Shown here one piece after another: positions 34,301-43,512 of a stretch of DNA of 64,000 nt. The notes under the pieces are model-generated. The model worked only from the letters and a program-made list of their open reading frames with translations. It did no database searches and was not told the origin of the DNA. The translations under genes and the position numbers were made by a program. The DNA comes from Flavobacteriales bacterium (lineage in GTDB: Bacteria > Bacteroidota > Bacteroidia > DT-38). Every line of letters begins with the position of its first letter. Position 1 is the first letter of the stretch. Location: contig JABSPQ010000095.1 of NCBI GenBank assembly GCA_013214205.1, forward strand, positions 5,886 to 69,885. The letters run 5' to 3'.

Positions 34301-35000
34301 CTAAGATATCTCCGCCAGAAATAGTAACATTCTCGTTGGCTATAGCGCTAGAAATATCGTTGAAGCCTAATTTTAACGCTTCAATCTTGTGCATATCAAC
34401 ACTAATTTCAACTTCTTTAGTTTGAAGACCACGGATATTTACTTTAGAAATCTCATCGATTCCTTCAATTTCATCTTCTAAATATTCCGCGTATTCTTTA
34501 AGCTGTTCTGCCGAAAAGTTACCTGATAAGTTGATATTTAAAATAGGAAATTCAGAAAAATCGACCTCTGTAATACTAGGTTCTGCAGGTAAATCGTCTG
34601 GAAAACTTGGATTCGATCTAGCCTTATCTACCGCATCTTTTACTTTTCTTAAAGCCTCATCAACTGTAGTTTCAGATCCAAATTCGACCAACACCATAGA
34701 ATAGCCTTGGATGGATGTAGACGTTAATTTTGTTACTTCCGCAATTGTATTGATTTCTTTCTCCAAAGGACGAGTAACCATTTTCTCAATATCTACTGGC
34801 GAGTTACCTGGATAAGGCGTGCCAACATAAATTTGAGCCATTACAATATCGGGGAACGATGCCTTGGGCATGTTGTTGTAGGAGAAAATTCCTAAAAATA
34901 CGATGATTGCCGTAATAACTAAAACCGTTGTTTTGTTCTTAATGGATAACGTGGAGAGAAAAAACTCCTTTGAGATTCTATTTCTGCCTTGTTCTGCCAT
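31356..35000 (-). CDS. RND family efflux transporter permease (AcrB/HAE1-like), unusually long (1214 aa)
   Basis: Has 12 TM helices and two large periplasmic loops. It is about 150 aa longer than typical AcrB. Confidence 0.85.
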   Translation of the reverse strand: MAEQGRNRISKEFFLSTLSIKNKTTVLVITAIIVFLGIFSYNNMPKASFPDIVMAQIYVGTPYPGNSPVDIEKMVTRPLEKEINTIAEVTKLTSTSIQGYSMVLVEFGSETTVDEALRKVKDAVDKARSNPSFPDDLPAEPSITEVDFSEFPILNINLSGNFSAEQLKEYAEYLEDEIEGIDEISKVNIRGLQTKEVEISVDMHKIEALKLGFNDISSAIANENVTISGGDILVGGTRRTVRAVGDFKSMEDIENIIIKQEKFNIVYLRDVADVAFKFEERTSYAREFQKPVVMLDVIKKAGKNLLSATAQIEDIIKESKVSYLPSDLDITVTNDQSAQTKSMVKNLENSIIMGILLVVVVLLFFLGFRNALFVGMAIPLSMFTSFVVLDMMGYSINMMVLFGMILALGMLVDNGIVIVENVYRLMDEGLGSFQAAKEGAGEVAWAIIASTATTLAAFLPLIFWPGMMGEFMGILPITLMIVLGSSLFVGLVINTVFTSLWMKLKEVEIIKDPKPIINAAFILGALVFFMVSGQMAKMSGEEKEMAPLLNVVGSIAYMIALARILFRNFFIVPTTKLSELLIPIGTMLIGGIAFDITGFPVSGNILITFALLLFFNVIFFTPYSYKFQKTVVPWLEEKYSILLSYVMSGKKPAIFFISTIVLLFVSFSLVDVFKPKVLFFPANMPKYVNVFIELPIGTDIKETNEATKELEILVIDELKQYEVTEDGETFNFLIESVIANAGDGTSDPNAGPQVGKTPHKARISVSFVDFQYRRDVNTRDVMENIRTVVKDQIPGVRISVDKDAAGPPTGPPINIEVTGADIDLLVVEAEKVKRFINSKNIPGIDELKLDIELAKPELIIEIDRGKARRLNLSTAQIASTIRTSLYGKEISQFKDGEDDYPIQVRFADKYRYDIESLMNQRITFRDQTNGKIQQVPISSVAKVRKSSTYSAIKRKNMDRVIFVSSTVTEGYNGNEIVQAMKDEMNNYELPMGVTVKFTGEQEEQAKEMAFLGGALLLAVFLIFLIIVSQFNSFGTPFIILSSVVLSFIGVVLGLIIFQMDFIIIMTMIGIISLAGVVVNNAIVLIDYTMLIIARRKEELGLNEDDRLPDAELIKCIIEGGKTRLRPVLLTAITTVLGLIPLATGFNIDFFSLFSSYDADISVGGDNVVFWGPMSWTVIFGLTFATFLTLVITPAMFLIKERWKTSLMGGAKEIS

Positions 35001-36124
35001 TAGTTCTTGATATCAATTTTTTCGCCGTCTTTCAAACTTCTAGCCCCAGCAACAATTACTTTATCGCCATTTGATAAACCTTCGGTAATCATAGTTTCGC
35101 CTTTGTACGATAAACCGGTTTCAATATCCACTTTTTTAGCATTTCCACCGTTTTCTATAAACACATAGCTATTGCCTACCCTATCTTGCAATATTGCTTT
35201 TTCCGGTAATACAAGCGTACTATCTACACTAAAATCTTTGATTCTGATTACTGCAAGCATATTTGGTTTCATGTTAAATTCTTTTGTAAGCATGTTAACA
35301 TTTATCCTAAAAGTTCTGTTGGCTGGGTTAATATAATTTCCCACTGCAATTAATTCCGCATTGTACTCCTTGTCGTCTATTAAAGAAAAATTAACCTTGG
35401 CCGAATTCCCTTTCTTAACTCTATTGATATACTTCTCAGAAATATCTGCTACTAAGTAAGCATCGTCTGTATTAACCAATCTAATCACAGATTTCATTCC
35501 AGTAGCAACCTCTCCTCTTTTTATCGTTATCTCATCAATTATTCCGTTGCTAGGTGCGCTTACCATGCCTTTTAAAAGCATTTCCAACATCGATTTCATG
35601 GTTTGTTTAGATGACTCTAAATTTGCCTTAGCGGCCAAGTAATCAATCTCCGAACCGATCTTTTGTTTCCAAAGAGTTTCAACTCTACCGAAGGTTGTTT
35701 TAGCCAATTCGTATTGCACATTAGCAGCATTGTATTGTCCTTGAAGTTCGTCGTTGTCGATGCTTAATAACTTTTGCCCCCTAACAACTTCCTGCCCTTC
35801 TTTCACATAGATTTCCTTTACTTTACCAGGCATTTCAACGTTTATCTCAACACTCTGATCGGCATCTACAACACCTTGCACTTCAAAATAATGTTCGAAG
35901 GTTTGAAAATTGACTTCCATGGTAGAAACCAAGGTCTTCTTGATTTTATAGGTGCTATCCCGTTTAGCAATTTCATCATCCAACACAATCATTCTCTTAC
36001 TGATTTCGTTGTACACCGTTTTTAAACTATCCTTTTCCTCTTTAAGTTCTTCAACTTTCGTGGGTTCCGATCCACAGGAAACGATGAATAAAGCAAATGC
36101 GAATACCGCTAAACTATTTTTCAT
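35000..36124 (-). CDS. RND efflux periplasmic adaptor (membrane fusion protein, HlyD family), lipoprotein
   Basis: Lipobox signal peptide ...FIVSCGS, coiled-coil hairpin and beta-barrel regions. A 1-nt overlap with the permease start suggests translational coupling. Confidence 0.8.
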   Translation of the reverse strand: MKNSLAVFAFALFIVSCGSEPTKVEELKEEKDSLKTVYNEISKRMIVLDDEIAKRDSTYKIKKTLVSTMEVNFQTFEHYFEVQGVVDADQSVEINVEMPGKVKEIYVKEGQEVVRGQKLLSIDNDELQGQYNAANVQYELAKTTFGRVETLWKQKIGSEIDYLAAKANLESSKQTMKSMLEMLLKGMVSAPSNGIIDEITIKRGEVATGMKSVIRLVNTDDAYLVADISEKYINRVKKGNSAKVNFSLIDDKEYNAELIAVGNYINPANRTFRINVNMLTKEFNMKPNMLAVIRIKDFSVDSTLVLPEKAILQDRVGNSYVFIENGGNAKKVDIETGLSYKGETMITEGLSNGDKVIVAGARSLKDGEKIDIKN

Positions 36125-36126
36125 TT

Positions 36127-37539
36127 TTAATAACTATTTAAAGCTTTTTGAAGCTTGATTTTTGCCGTTAACAATTCGATAATCGAATTCATATATTGTC
36201 CTTGTGCGTTTAAATACTGAGTATTGGCTTGGGTAACTTGCATACTGGAAGCCAATCCTTCTTTCTGTTTTAAAATTGTTTTGTCGAGTATTTTTTCGGC
36301 AAGATCTCTACTTCGTTTTGCCACCCTACTATTGTTAATTGCAGCGTTGTACTCCGCATTTGCATTCACAAAATTTACCTCTAACCCTTTAACCAATGAT
36401 GCTTTGGTATTGGCAATCTTCTCCAATTCAAATTCGGCTCGTTTTATTCTTTTGGAAGAAACGCCACTGCTCCAAATTGGAATGTTTGCAGAAAATCCAA
36501 ATATTGTAGATGGGTACCAAGTATCGAATTTTATATCAAGTGCGAACGCATTTTGAGAATGACTAAAGAAGGTAGCTACAGAAGGAAGTCTTCTATATTT
36601 TTCCTTCTTCACATCCAATTTCAATAGGCTCTCTTGTGTAGTAATTAGTTGGTAATCTAGGTGGCTTTTAACATCAACTGTTTGGCTCAACAACTCCACA
36701 TTTTCCGCAGATAGTATTAAAACATCTAAGCTATCGGATAAAATAATTTCTGCATCTCCTTTTAAGCCCATTTGATATTTCAACATTTCTAATGCTACTT
36801 TTTTCTGAGTAACTGCTACGTCGTGTGTGCTTGTAATTGAGGAAACGGAAAGTTGTAATTGATCAACTTCCTGCTCATCTATCAATCCATTTTTCAACAT
36901 TAATTTCAATTCGCTTAACGAAGTTTTAATATCGTATAAACTGCTTTTATAAATCTTAACATTTTCATTGGCCATTAATACCATGAAGTAACTAGTCGCC
37001 ACAGCCTCCTTTACGTCAACCTCTGCTTTTTTCACTCCTCTTTCAGAAAGTTGTCGGTATACCTTTGCGGCTTGTAAACCAACAATGTAAGTTCCGTCGA
37101 ACAAAAGTTGACTTGCGGTTACTCCAGCAGTAGCGCTTCTTGGCAATCCAAACTTAAGTGGAGCCAACAAGCCCGCAGGAGCTGAACTATCGAAATTTCT
37201 CGCTTCTGTTACGGTTGTAGGCACATCAAAAAAGTGATTGTATCCTAATTCTCCTGAGATTTGAGGCAGTCCACTTGCAGTAATTTCCTTTATTCTGGCT
37301 TTAGCAATTTCTACATCTAAGTGGCTATTTTTAACAACTGCACTATTCTTTAAAGCGAATTGCTGTGCTTCGGATAACGAATAAACCGTTTGTCCATTAC
37401 TAAATAAACTTGACAGCAAGAAGATGGCGATCATTGTAATCGTTGACAAGTTTACTTTTGAAAAGAGGCTTTTCACATTGTTCTTATCTAAATATTTCAG
37501 CCCTTTGTCGCTCGCGATTCCTCTAATATGATATTTCAT
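36127..37539 (-). CDS. TolC-family outer membrane efflux protein
   Basis: Signal-peptide-like ...MIAIFLLSSLFSNGQ followed by a TolC duplicated helix-barrel repeat. Possible independent starts are ATG 37539 or GTG 37476. There is no stop codon separating it from the upstream TetR domain. Confidence 0.7.
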   Translation of the reverse strand: MKYHIRGIASDKGLKYLDKNNVKSLFSKVNLSTITMIAIFLLSSLFSNGQTVYSLSEAQQFALKNSAVVKNSHLDVEIAKARIKEITASGLPQISGELGYNHFFDVPTTVTEARNFDSSAPAGLLAPLKFGLPRSATAGVTASQLLFDGTYIVGLQAAKVYRQLSERGVKKAEVDVKEAVATSYFMVLMANENVKIYKSSLYDIKTSLSELKLMLKNGLIDEQEVDQLQLSVSSITSTHDVAVTQKKVALEMLKYQMGLKGDAEIILSDSLDVLILSAENVELLSQTVDVKSHLDYQLITTQESLLKLDVKKEKYRRLPSVATFFSHSQNAFALDIKFDTWYPSTIFGFSANIPIWSSGVSSKRIKRAEFELEKIANTKASLVKGLEVNFVNANAEYNAAINNSRVAKRSRDLAEKILDKTILKQKEGLASSMQVTQANTQYLNAQGQYMNSIIELLTAKIKLQKALNSY

Positions 37540-38088
37540 ATTCTCCACATTAACCTCTGGGAAATTAAATTCGGACACAGGAAATATGCCTGAATCAAAG
37601 ATCTGATCTATTCTTCCAACATATATTCTCGAGATAATTGGAATATGCAAATCCGTTCTATAATACCCTTCCTTTACCCCTTTCTCCATGTTTTTAATAA
37701 CACAATCGAGTACATAGGAATTTTTGTAATCCAAAAATATCTTCCAAGTACCAGGGTAATACTTTTCCATGTCGAAATGAAAAGATGGATGAATCTCACT
37801 CAGCTTATTCGTAAAATAAATCTTTATCGCAATCATTTCGTCGATCGCATTAACGCCTTGCTCAAAAATATTATCGACAACATTTTTATCTAATTCAATT
37901 TGATATGCAATAACCGATGATACTAAATCGGGTTTGTCGTTTACAAATTGATACAACGTTTTCTTAGAGATTCCTAAGGCACGAGCAACATCATCCATAG
38001 TTGTGCTCTTAATCCCATTACGGGTAAAAAGAGCATAAACTTCAACGAGGATATTTTCAAATCTGGCATCCATGGCACAAAAGAACAA
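37540..38088 (-). CDS. TetR/AcrR family transcriptional regulator domain (in-frame with downstream TolC, no intervening stop)
   Basis: N-terminal HTH ...GIKSTTMDDVARALGISKKTLYQFVNDK plus a TetR C-terminal ligand domain. The reading frame continues uninterrupted into TolC. Confidence 0.65.
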
Positions 38089-38252
38089 ATTAAAAACTCA
38101 GGAAACAAATTGCATGTCAAAATGTTTCCTCTGTTTTTAACTAAATTTTACATTGCAATTCTACCTACTTGCTCATGCAGACGAGTGACGCTTTACAATA
38201 TTGTTTTCAACCTTTATTTATCGTTTTTTTACATTCTAAATAAATTGATAAC

Positions 38253-39689
38253 ATGTCGTCGAAAATAGCAGACCTACTTAAGAGTGAAGTATCGGATAAG
38301 GAAATAATTGTACGTGGATGGATTAGAACATCGCGTGATAATAAAAATGTAGTTTTCATTAACCTAAATGATGGATCTACTATAAAGAATATTCAAATTG
38401 TAGCAGACCCTGCCGAATTTGACAAAGATTTAATCAGCAAGTTCTGTACTGGTGCTTGTTTGGAAGTACATGGCAAACTGGTTCAATCGGCTGGTAGCGG
38501 ACAAGCAGTCGAAGTACAAGCCTCTAAAATAATTATTTTGGGCGAGGCCGATCCTAATAAATATCCAATTCAACCTAAGCGTCATTCATTAGAGTTTCTT
38601 AGGGAACAAGCTCATTTAAGATTTAGAACGAATACTTTTTCGGCAGTTTTTAGAATTAGACATACCTTAACTTTTGCCATCCATAAATATTTTAACGACA
38701 AAGGATTCTTTAATATTCATACGCCAATCATAACTGGTTCGGATGCAGAAGGCGCTGGAGAAATGTTTAGGGTAACTACTTTAGATTTAAAAAACCCACC
38801 GTTGAACGATGAAAACGAGATTGATTTCAAACAAGATTTCTTTGCTAAAGAAACCAACTTAACTGTTTCGGGTCAGCTAGAAGCAGAGTTGGGCGCAATG
38901 GCGCTTGGACAGGTTTACACGTTTGGGCCTACTTTTAGAGCCGAAAATTCTAACACATCAAGACATGCTAGCGAGTTTTGGATGATTGAACCTGAAGTTG
39001 CTTTTAATGACATTAACGACAATCAGGATTTAGCGGAAGACTTTTTAAAATCGGTTATTAAATATGCGATGGATAATTGCGCCGACGACATCGAGTTTCT
39101 TCAAAACCGTGAGCTGGACGAGGAAAAGAACATGAAAAAAGAAGATCGTCATGAGATGAAGTTAACTGAAAGGTTAGATTTTGTAATCGATCAACCCTTT
39201 GTTCGGATAACTTATACTGAAGCAATTAGAATCTTACACGATTCTAAGCCGTATAAGAAGAAAAAGTTCCAGTTTCCTGTTGAATGGGGAGTTGATTTAG
39301 CTTCGGAACATGAACGCTATTTGGTAGAGAAAAAATTTAAGTGCCCAGTAATCGTTTGCGATTACCCAGCAAAAATAAAAGCATTTTATATGCGATTGAA
39401 TGATGACAATAAGACAGTAGCTGCCATGGACATTTTATTTCCGGGAATTGGAGAAATTGTTGGTGGGTCGCAAAGGGAAGAAAGGCTTGAAAACCTTGAG
39501 AATAAGTTCAAAGAATTTAATATTCCAGAGGACGAATTGTCGTGGTACTTAGACACCAGAAGGTACGGTACGGCTGTGCATAGCGGTTTTGGCCTGGGTT
39601 TTGAGAGGTTGATCATGTTTGTGACCGGAATGAGTAATATTAGAGACGTAATTCCGTTCCCTAGGACACCACAGAATGCACACTTTTAA
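38253..39689 (+). CDS. asnS: asparagine--tRNA ligase
   Basis: 478 aa class IIb aaRS with an N-terminal OB fold. [24 protein letters not shown] and GGSQRE motifs are AsnRS-type. Confidence 0.85.
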   Translation: MSSKIADLLKSEVSDKEIIVRGWIRTSRDNKNVVFINLNDGSTIKNIQIVADPAEFDKDLISKFCTGACLEVHGKLVQSAGSGQAVEVQASKIIILGEADPNKYPIQPKRHSLEFLREQAHLRFRTNTFSAVFRIRHTLTFAIHKYFNDKGFFNIHTPIITGSDAEGAGEMFRVTTLDLKNPPLNDENEIDFKQDFFAKETNLTVSGQLEAELGAMALGQVYTFGPTFRAENSNTSRHASEFWMIEPEVAFNDINDNQDLAEDFLKSVIKYAMDNCADDIEFLQNRELDEEKNMKKEDRHEMKLTERLDFVIDQPFVRITYTEAIRILHDSKPYKKKKFQFPVEWGVDLASEHERYLVEKKFKCPVIVCDYPAKIKAFYMRLNDDNKTVAAMDILFPGIGEIVGGSQREERLENLENKFKEFNIPEDELSWYLDTRRYGTAVHSGFGLGFERLIMFVTGMSNIRDVIPFPRTPQNAHF

Positions 39690-39700
39690 AATTTTAATTT

Positions 39701-41140
39701 ATGTTAAGACAGAGCCTAAATCAAAAGTTACTTCAAAAATTATCTCCTCAACAAATTCAGTTGATGAAGTTACTGCAGGTGCCTGTTACTTCATTAGAAG
39801 AACGCATAAAGGAAGAAATGGAGGAGAACCCTGCATTGGAAGAAGGCAAGGAAGAGGAAGTGATAGACGCGGATGATGATGCGGAAGACACGGATGATGA
39901 ATTTGATTTGACGGATTATATTTCTGATGACGAAACTCCGTCTTACAAATTATCGGCAAAAAATACCGGACCAGACCAAGAGGATAAATCAATTCCAATT
40001 TCAGTAGGTAAATCTTTTCAGGAAGTTTTAATGACCCAATTGGGAATGAGAAATCTTTCGGACGACGAAGAGTTGTTGGCGCAGCATTTGGTTGGCAATA
40101 TAGATGATGACGGTTACATTCGTCGTGAGTTGGAATCGATTGTTGACGATATCGCTTTTTCTCTAAACGTTACTACAACTTTTGAAGAGCTAGAACGACT
40201 ATTGTTCGTTATTCAGGAGTTTGATCCTGCTGGCGTTGGCGCACGCGATTTACAAGAGTGTTTGTTGATTCAGATTAGAAAGAAAATAAAACTTGAGAAT
40301 ACTGTTGAGATTTTAACGGCATCCAAAATTTTGAAGGACAGCTTTAGCGAGTTTACGAAAAAACATTACGATAAAATATCTGCTAAGCTAGAATTGAGTA
40401 ACGCAGAATTGAAGGTTGCGGTGGATGAGATTTTGAAATTGAATCCACGTCCAGGTAATTCTTTAGGAGAAACGCAAAGAGTGTCTCAACACATTATTCC
40501 TGATTTTCTTTTAAGAAACGATGATGGAAAATTAATCTTAACGCTTAATTCTAGAAATGCACCAGAGCTTCATTTGAGCAGAAATTATTCTGAAATGCTT
40601 GAAGGATATTCCTTAAACAAAGGAAAAAGAAGTAAATCGGAAAAAGAGGCAATCACTTTTGTTAAGCAAAAAATTGATTCGGCAAAATGGTTTATCGATG
40701 CCATTAAGCAAAGACAGCATACTTTACAAAGTACCATGTCGGCGATAATTGAGTACCAAAAAGAATACTTTCAAGATGGAGATCAAACCAAACTTCGCCC
40801 AATGATTTTAAAGGACATTGCAGAAATTGTTCTGTTGGATATTTCAACCATCTCTAGGGTATCTAACAGTAAATACATTCAAACACCTTTCGGTACTTTC
40901 TTATTAAAAACGTTCTTTTCAGAGTCGTTGTCTACAGATAGCGGAGAAGATGTATCTACCAAAGAGGTTAAAAAAATTCTATTAGATTTTATTGATGTTG
41001 AGCCCAAAAACAAACCTTTAACAGACGAGAAACTTACTGTTATTTTAAAGGAAAAGGGCTACAACATTGCCAGACGAACAGTTGCAAAATATAGAGAGCA
41101 ATTAAATATTCCAGTAGCTCGCTTGAGAAAGGAATTATAA
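39701..41140 (+). CDS. rpoN: RNA polymerase sigma-54 factor
   Basis: Gln/Leu-rich region I, an acidic linker, and a C-terminal RpoN box ARRTVAKYREQLNIP. Confidence 0.9.
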   Translation: MLRQSLNQKLLQKLSPQQIQLMKLLQVPVTSLEERIKEEMEENPALEEGKEEEVIDADDDAEDTDDEFDLTDYISDDETPSYKLSAKNTGPDQEDKSIPISVGKSFQEVLMTQLGMRNLSDDEELLAQHLVGNIDDDGYIRRELESIVDDIAFSLNVTTTFEELERLLFVIQEFDPAGVGARDLQECLLIQIRKKIKLENTVEILTASKILKDSFSEFTKKHYDKISAKLELSNAELKVAVDEILKLNPRPGNSLGETQRVSQHIIPDFLLRNDDGKLILTLNSRNAPELHLSRNYSEMLEGYSLNKGKRSKSEKEAITFVKQKIDSAKWFIDAIKQRQHTLQSTMSAIIEYQKEYFQDGDQTKLRPMILKDIAEIVLLDISTISRVSNSKYIQTPFGTFLLKTFFSESLSTDSGEDVSTKEVKKILLDFIDVEPKNKPLTDEKLTVILKEKGYNIARRTVAKYREQLNIPVARLRKEL

Positions 41141-41146
41141 AATAGT

Positions 41147-41758
41147 ATGTCGAAACCGTTTCTGCCAAATGCCATTTCGTACTTGTTGCACCCCATTTTG
41201 ATGCCTTCTATTGGCGTGGTTATCATCATTTATCTAAGTCCCTATTTCGCTATTTTTATTGCCCCTCCCATTGCTAAAATAACTACGCTAACGATGTTGT
41301 TGCTCACTTTAACGTGTCCGATTTCGGCTACTCTTTATTTTATAAGAAAAAAAAACATTACTTCTCTTCATATTGAAGATAGACAACAACGCCAAGTTCC
41401 ACTTACTTATACGCTACTCTTTTACACTTTAACTTGTTCTGTTTTAAAGTTTATTCCGGGAATTCCGTTGGTTATTTATTTCTTTGTTTTGGGTACAACA
41501 CTCGCCATTTTAGCTGCCCTAATTATTAATTATAGGTGGAAAATTAGCACGCATATGATTGGAATTGGTGGTGTGGTAGGAATGATTATTGGCTTGTCGT
41601 ATAATTTAAAGGCGCCATTAGATTTGTATATTTTATCGGCGGTATTTTTAGCTGGTATGATTGCTTATGCCCGTCTTAAGCTCAATGCCCATTCTCCTTT
41701 ACAGGTTTTTATTGGGTTTTTAGTAGGGTTGGTTTCGCAGTTTATTCTTTTTCTTTGA
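41147..41758 (+). CDS. PAP2-like integral membrane protein (possible lipid phosphatase)
   Basis: 203 aa with 6 TM helices. KISTHMIG and ARLKLNAHSPLQV resemble degenerate PAP2 motifs 2 and 3. Confidence 0.45.
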   Translation: MSKPFLPNAISYLLHPILMPSIGVVIIIYLSPYFAIFIAPPIAKITTLTMLLLTLTCPISATLYFIRKKNITSLHIEDRQQRQVPLTYTLLFYTLTCSVLKFIPGIPLVIYFFVLGTTLAILAALIINYRWKISTHMIGIGGVVGMIIGLSYNLKAPLDLYILSAVFLAGMIAYARLKLNAHSPLQVFIGFLVGLVSQFILFL

Positions 41759-41771
41759 CTCTCCCAGCCCT

Positions 41772-41792
41772 CTCTCTTCCAGAGAGGGAGTT
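41772..41792 (+). terminator. possible hairpin terminator after the PAP2-like gene
   Basis: ccctctct/agagaggg 8-bp stem with a 5-nt loop, 14 nt after the stop. Only a weak T tract follows. Confidence 0.4.
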
Positions 41793-41907
41793 TCATTTCG
41801 ATTTTAACAGGCAGGATTATTTACAACGAAATATAAATAGACGTCTTCCTCGTGATTTTGTTCTTACAAAATACACGGGGATCTCTTTTACTGTACGAAA
41901 TACTGTT

Positions 41908-42645
41908 CTATCTACGAAGTTTAGAAAGCAGTCTTAGGATTTCCATGTAAAGCCAGATTAGGGTTACCATAAGGCCGAATGCTGCGTACCATTCCATGAA
42001 TTTAGGTGCTTTTCGCTCAACGCTTTTTTCGATAAAATCGAAGTCCATTAACAGAAACATCGACGCTAAGGCAACAACTACAAGCGAGAATCCTATGCCG
42101 ATTGGAGAACTACTATTGATTACAGAGAAGCCTCCACCGCCAAACATGCTCATCATAAAAGACACAAGGTAAAATGCCATTAGGCCCATAATACCAATCA
42201 TTGCTATGGACTTAAACTTTTCTGTTACTCTAATAATTTTTGCTTTGTACAGAAAAAGAAGCGAGAAGAGAATTGCAAAAGTTAGTCCTACTGCGTTTAA
42301 TACAATTCCAGGATATATCATTTCGAAGCCAGCTGAAATAGCTCCTAAAAATAAACCTTCGAGCAAAGCATAAATAGGCGCTAAGAGTGGCGCTAAATTT
42401 GGTTTAAAGGAAATGATTATTGCTACGATAAAACCGCCTATACCTCCTCCTGCTACCCATCCAAATGGTATTCCTTCGGTTGCAGAAACGAGATCCCATG
42501 TAAAATAAGCACCAGCTAATACCAAAAGGCCCATTATGCCTATTTTATTTATGGTGCCATTCATTGTCATTAGCTCACCTTTGATAGCTACGTCTTTGAA
42601 TCTTTTCTCGGTAAGAATTGGATTGGATGATTGGGTGAAATTCAT
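41908..42645 (-). CDS. Bax inhibitor-1/YccA family membrane protein
   Basis: 245 aa with 7 predicted TM helices. Its size and topology fit the BI-1/YccA family. Confidence 0.5.
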   Translation of the reverse strand: MNFTQSSNPILTEKRFKDVAIKGELMTMNGTINKIGIMGLLVLAGAYFTWDLVSATEGIPFGWVAGGGIGGFIVAIIISFKPNLAPLLAPIYALLEGLFLGAISAGFEMIYPGIVLNAVGLTFAILFSLLFLYKAKIIRVTEKFKSIAMIGIMGLMAFYLVSFMMSMFGGGGFSVINSSSPIGIGFSLVVVALASMFLLMDFDFIEKSVERKAPKFMEWYAAFGLMVTLIWLYMEILRLLSKLRR

Positions 42646-42897
42646 TGCTTTCTATTTTGGTTTGTTTCTTAAAATTATGGAAAATATATTTGGTTGGATT
42701 CAATCAATTATTAAGCCGATTGACTTTGGGTGACATTTAGGCAGAACTTGAAGAGTAAAGTCTTAAATCTTTCCTCCTATACTGCGCTTCGAAGAACCAT
42801 TGCCTTCTTAAAGGCATTTTGCATTTGATTACTATCTTTTTTATTGAGGGACAACTTTATGTGGTGAAAGAAAGCAAGGACTTTCTTTTTATCTTTC

Positions 42898-42946
42898 GCC
42901 CTAGCAGCGGGCAGCCGCATACTTTTTTTTTGATAAAAAAGTATAC
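42898..42946 (+). terminator. terminator-like GC hairpin plus T9 run, followed by a 10-bp AT palindrome; no upstream plus-strand CDS
   Basis: gcccTAGCAGCgggc / gcggGCAGccgc stems, then actttttttttt, then atactttttt/aaaaaagtat. Confidence 0.35.
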
Positions 42947-43271
42947 AAAAAATCAAGGCTTCTGAATAATTCAGATAAAACTACGGCTTCATTTTTTCCA
43001 CGCATACCAAGCCGTTCCTTTTTCTTTTCAAGAAAAACTCAACTTATGGAATGCTTACTAAATCCGCCAAGGGGCGGGCAAGCGCAAAAAAACTAAGCCT
43101 TGTTTTATGGCTGAATTGTTCAAAGGCCAGCCAAGAATAAAATTGGGCATTGATCTTTTTTTGAAGAGTTATAAGTATTATACCGTTATCTAGGCAATGG
43201 GCCTTCGCAGGACGAAGAAGTGAATAATATAATACCTTGGAAGTGGTGAGAGAATATTTGGGGGGGAAGGA

Positions 43272-43440
43272 TTAGCTTTTCTTATCCTCTAGTTTGTTTA
43301 GCACAACGTGTAGTATTCCTCCTAAAATACATGCTCCACCGCCTACTCCTAGCATTGTATTGGATTCCATGCCCATTAAACCCGACATCATTAAAACCAT
43401 TACTCCTAATCCTAATACTCCGATACCTACGAATCTCATG
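43272..43440 (-). CDS. small (56 aa) glycine-zipper hydrophobic peptide
   Basis: ATG at 43440, stop at 43272. Translation MRFVGIGVLGLGVMVLMMSGLMGMESNTMLGVGGGACILGGILHVVLNKLEDKKS. It is shorter than the ORF-track cutoff. Confidence 0.35.
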
Positions 43441-43512
43441 TGCTATAATTTAAAGTCCAAAGTAATTAAAAAATATCGCTTAAAGCAATTGTATAGGGCG
43501 ATATTGTATTGT

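Noticed and set aside
39676-39998. Two ORFs (plus strand 39676-39876, minus strand 39786-39998) overlapping the 5-prime end of rpoN.
   Set aside because: Both are embedded in the clearly real sigma-54 gene, are Gly/Arg- or Pro-rich low complexity, and arise from the acidic GAA/GAT-repeat linker region.
42646-43512. Possibility that the long non-coding region encodes tmRNA, RNase P RNA, SRP RNA or a tRNA.
   Set aside because: I found no GGGG...CCA tmRNA ends or ANDENYALAA-type tag frame, no RNase P P4 motif (AGGAAAGUCCGGGCUCC), no SRP GGAAGCAGC domain-IV motif and no GGTTCGA(A/T)TCC T-loop on either strand. This still needs a covariance-model scan.
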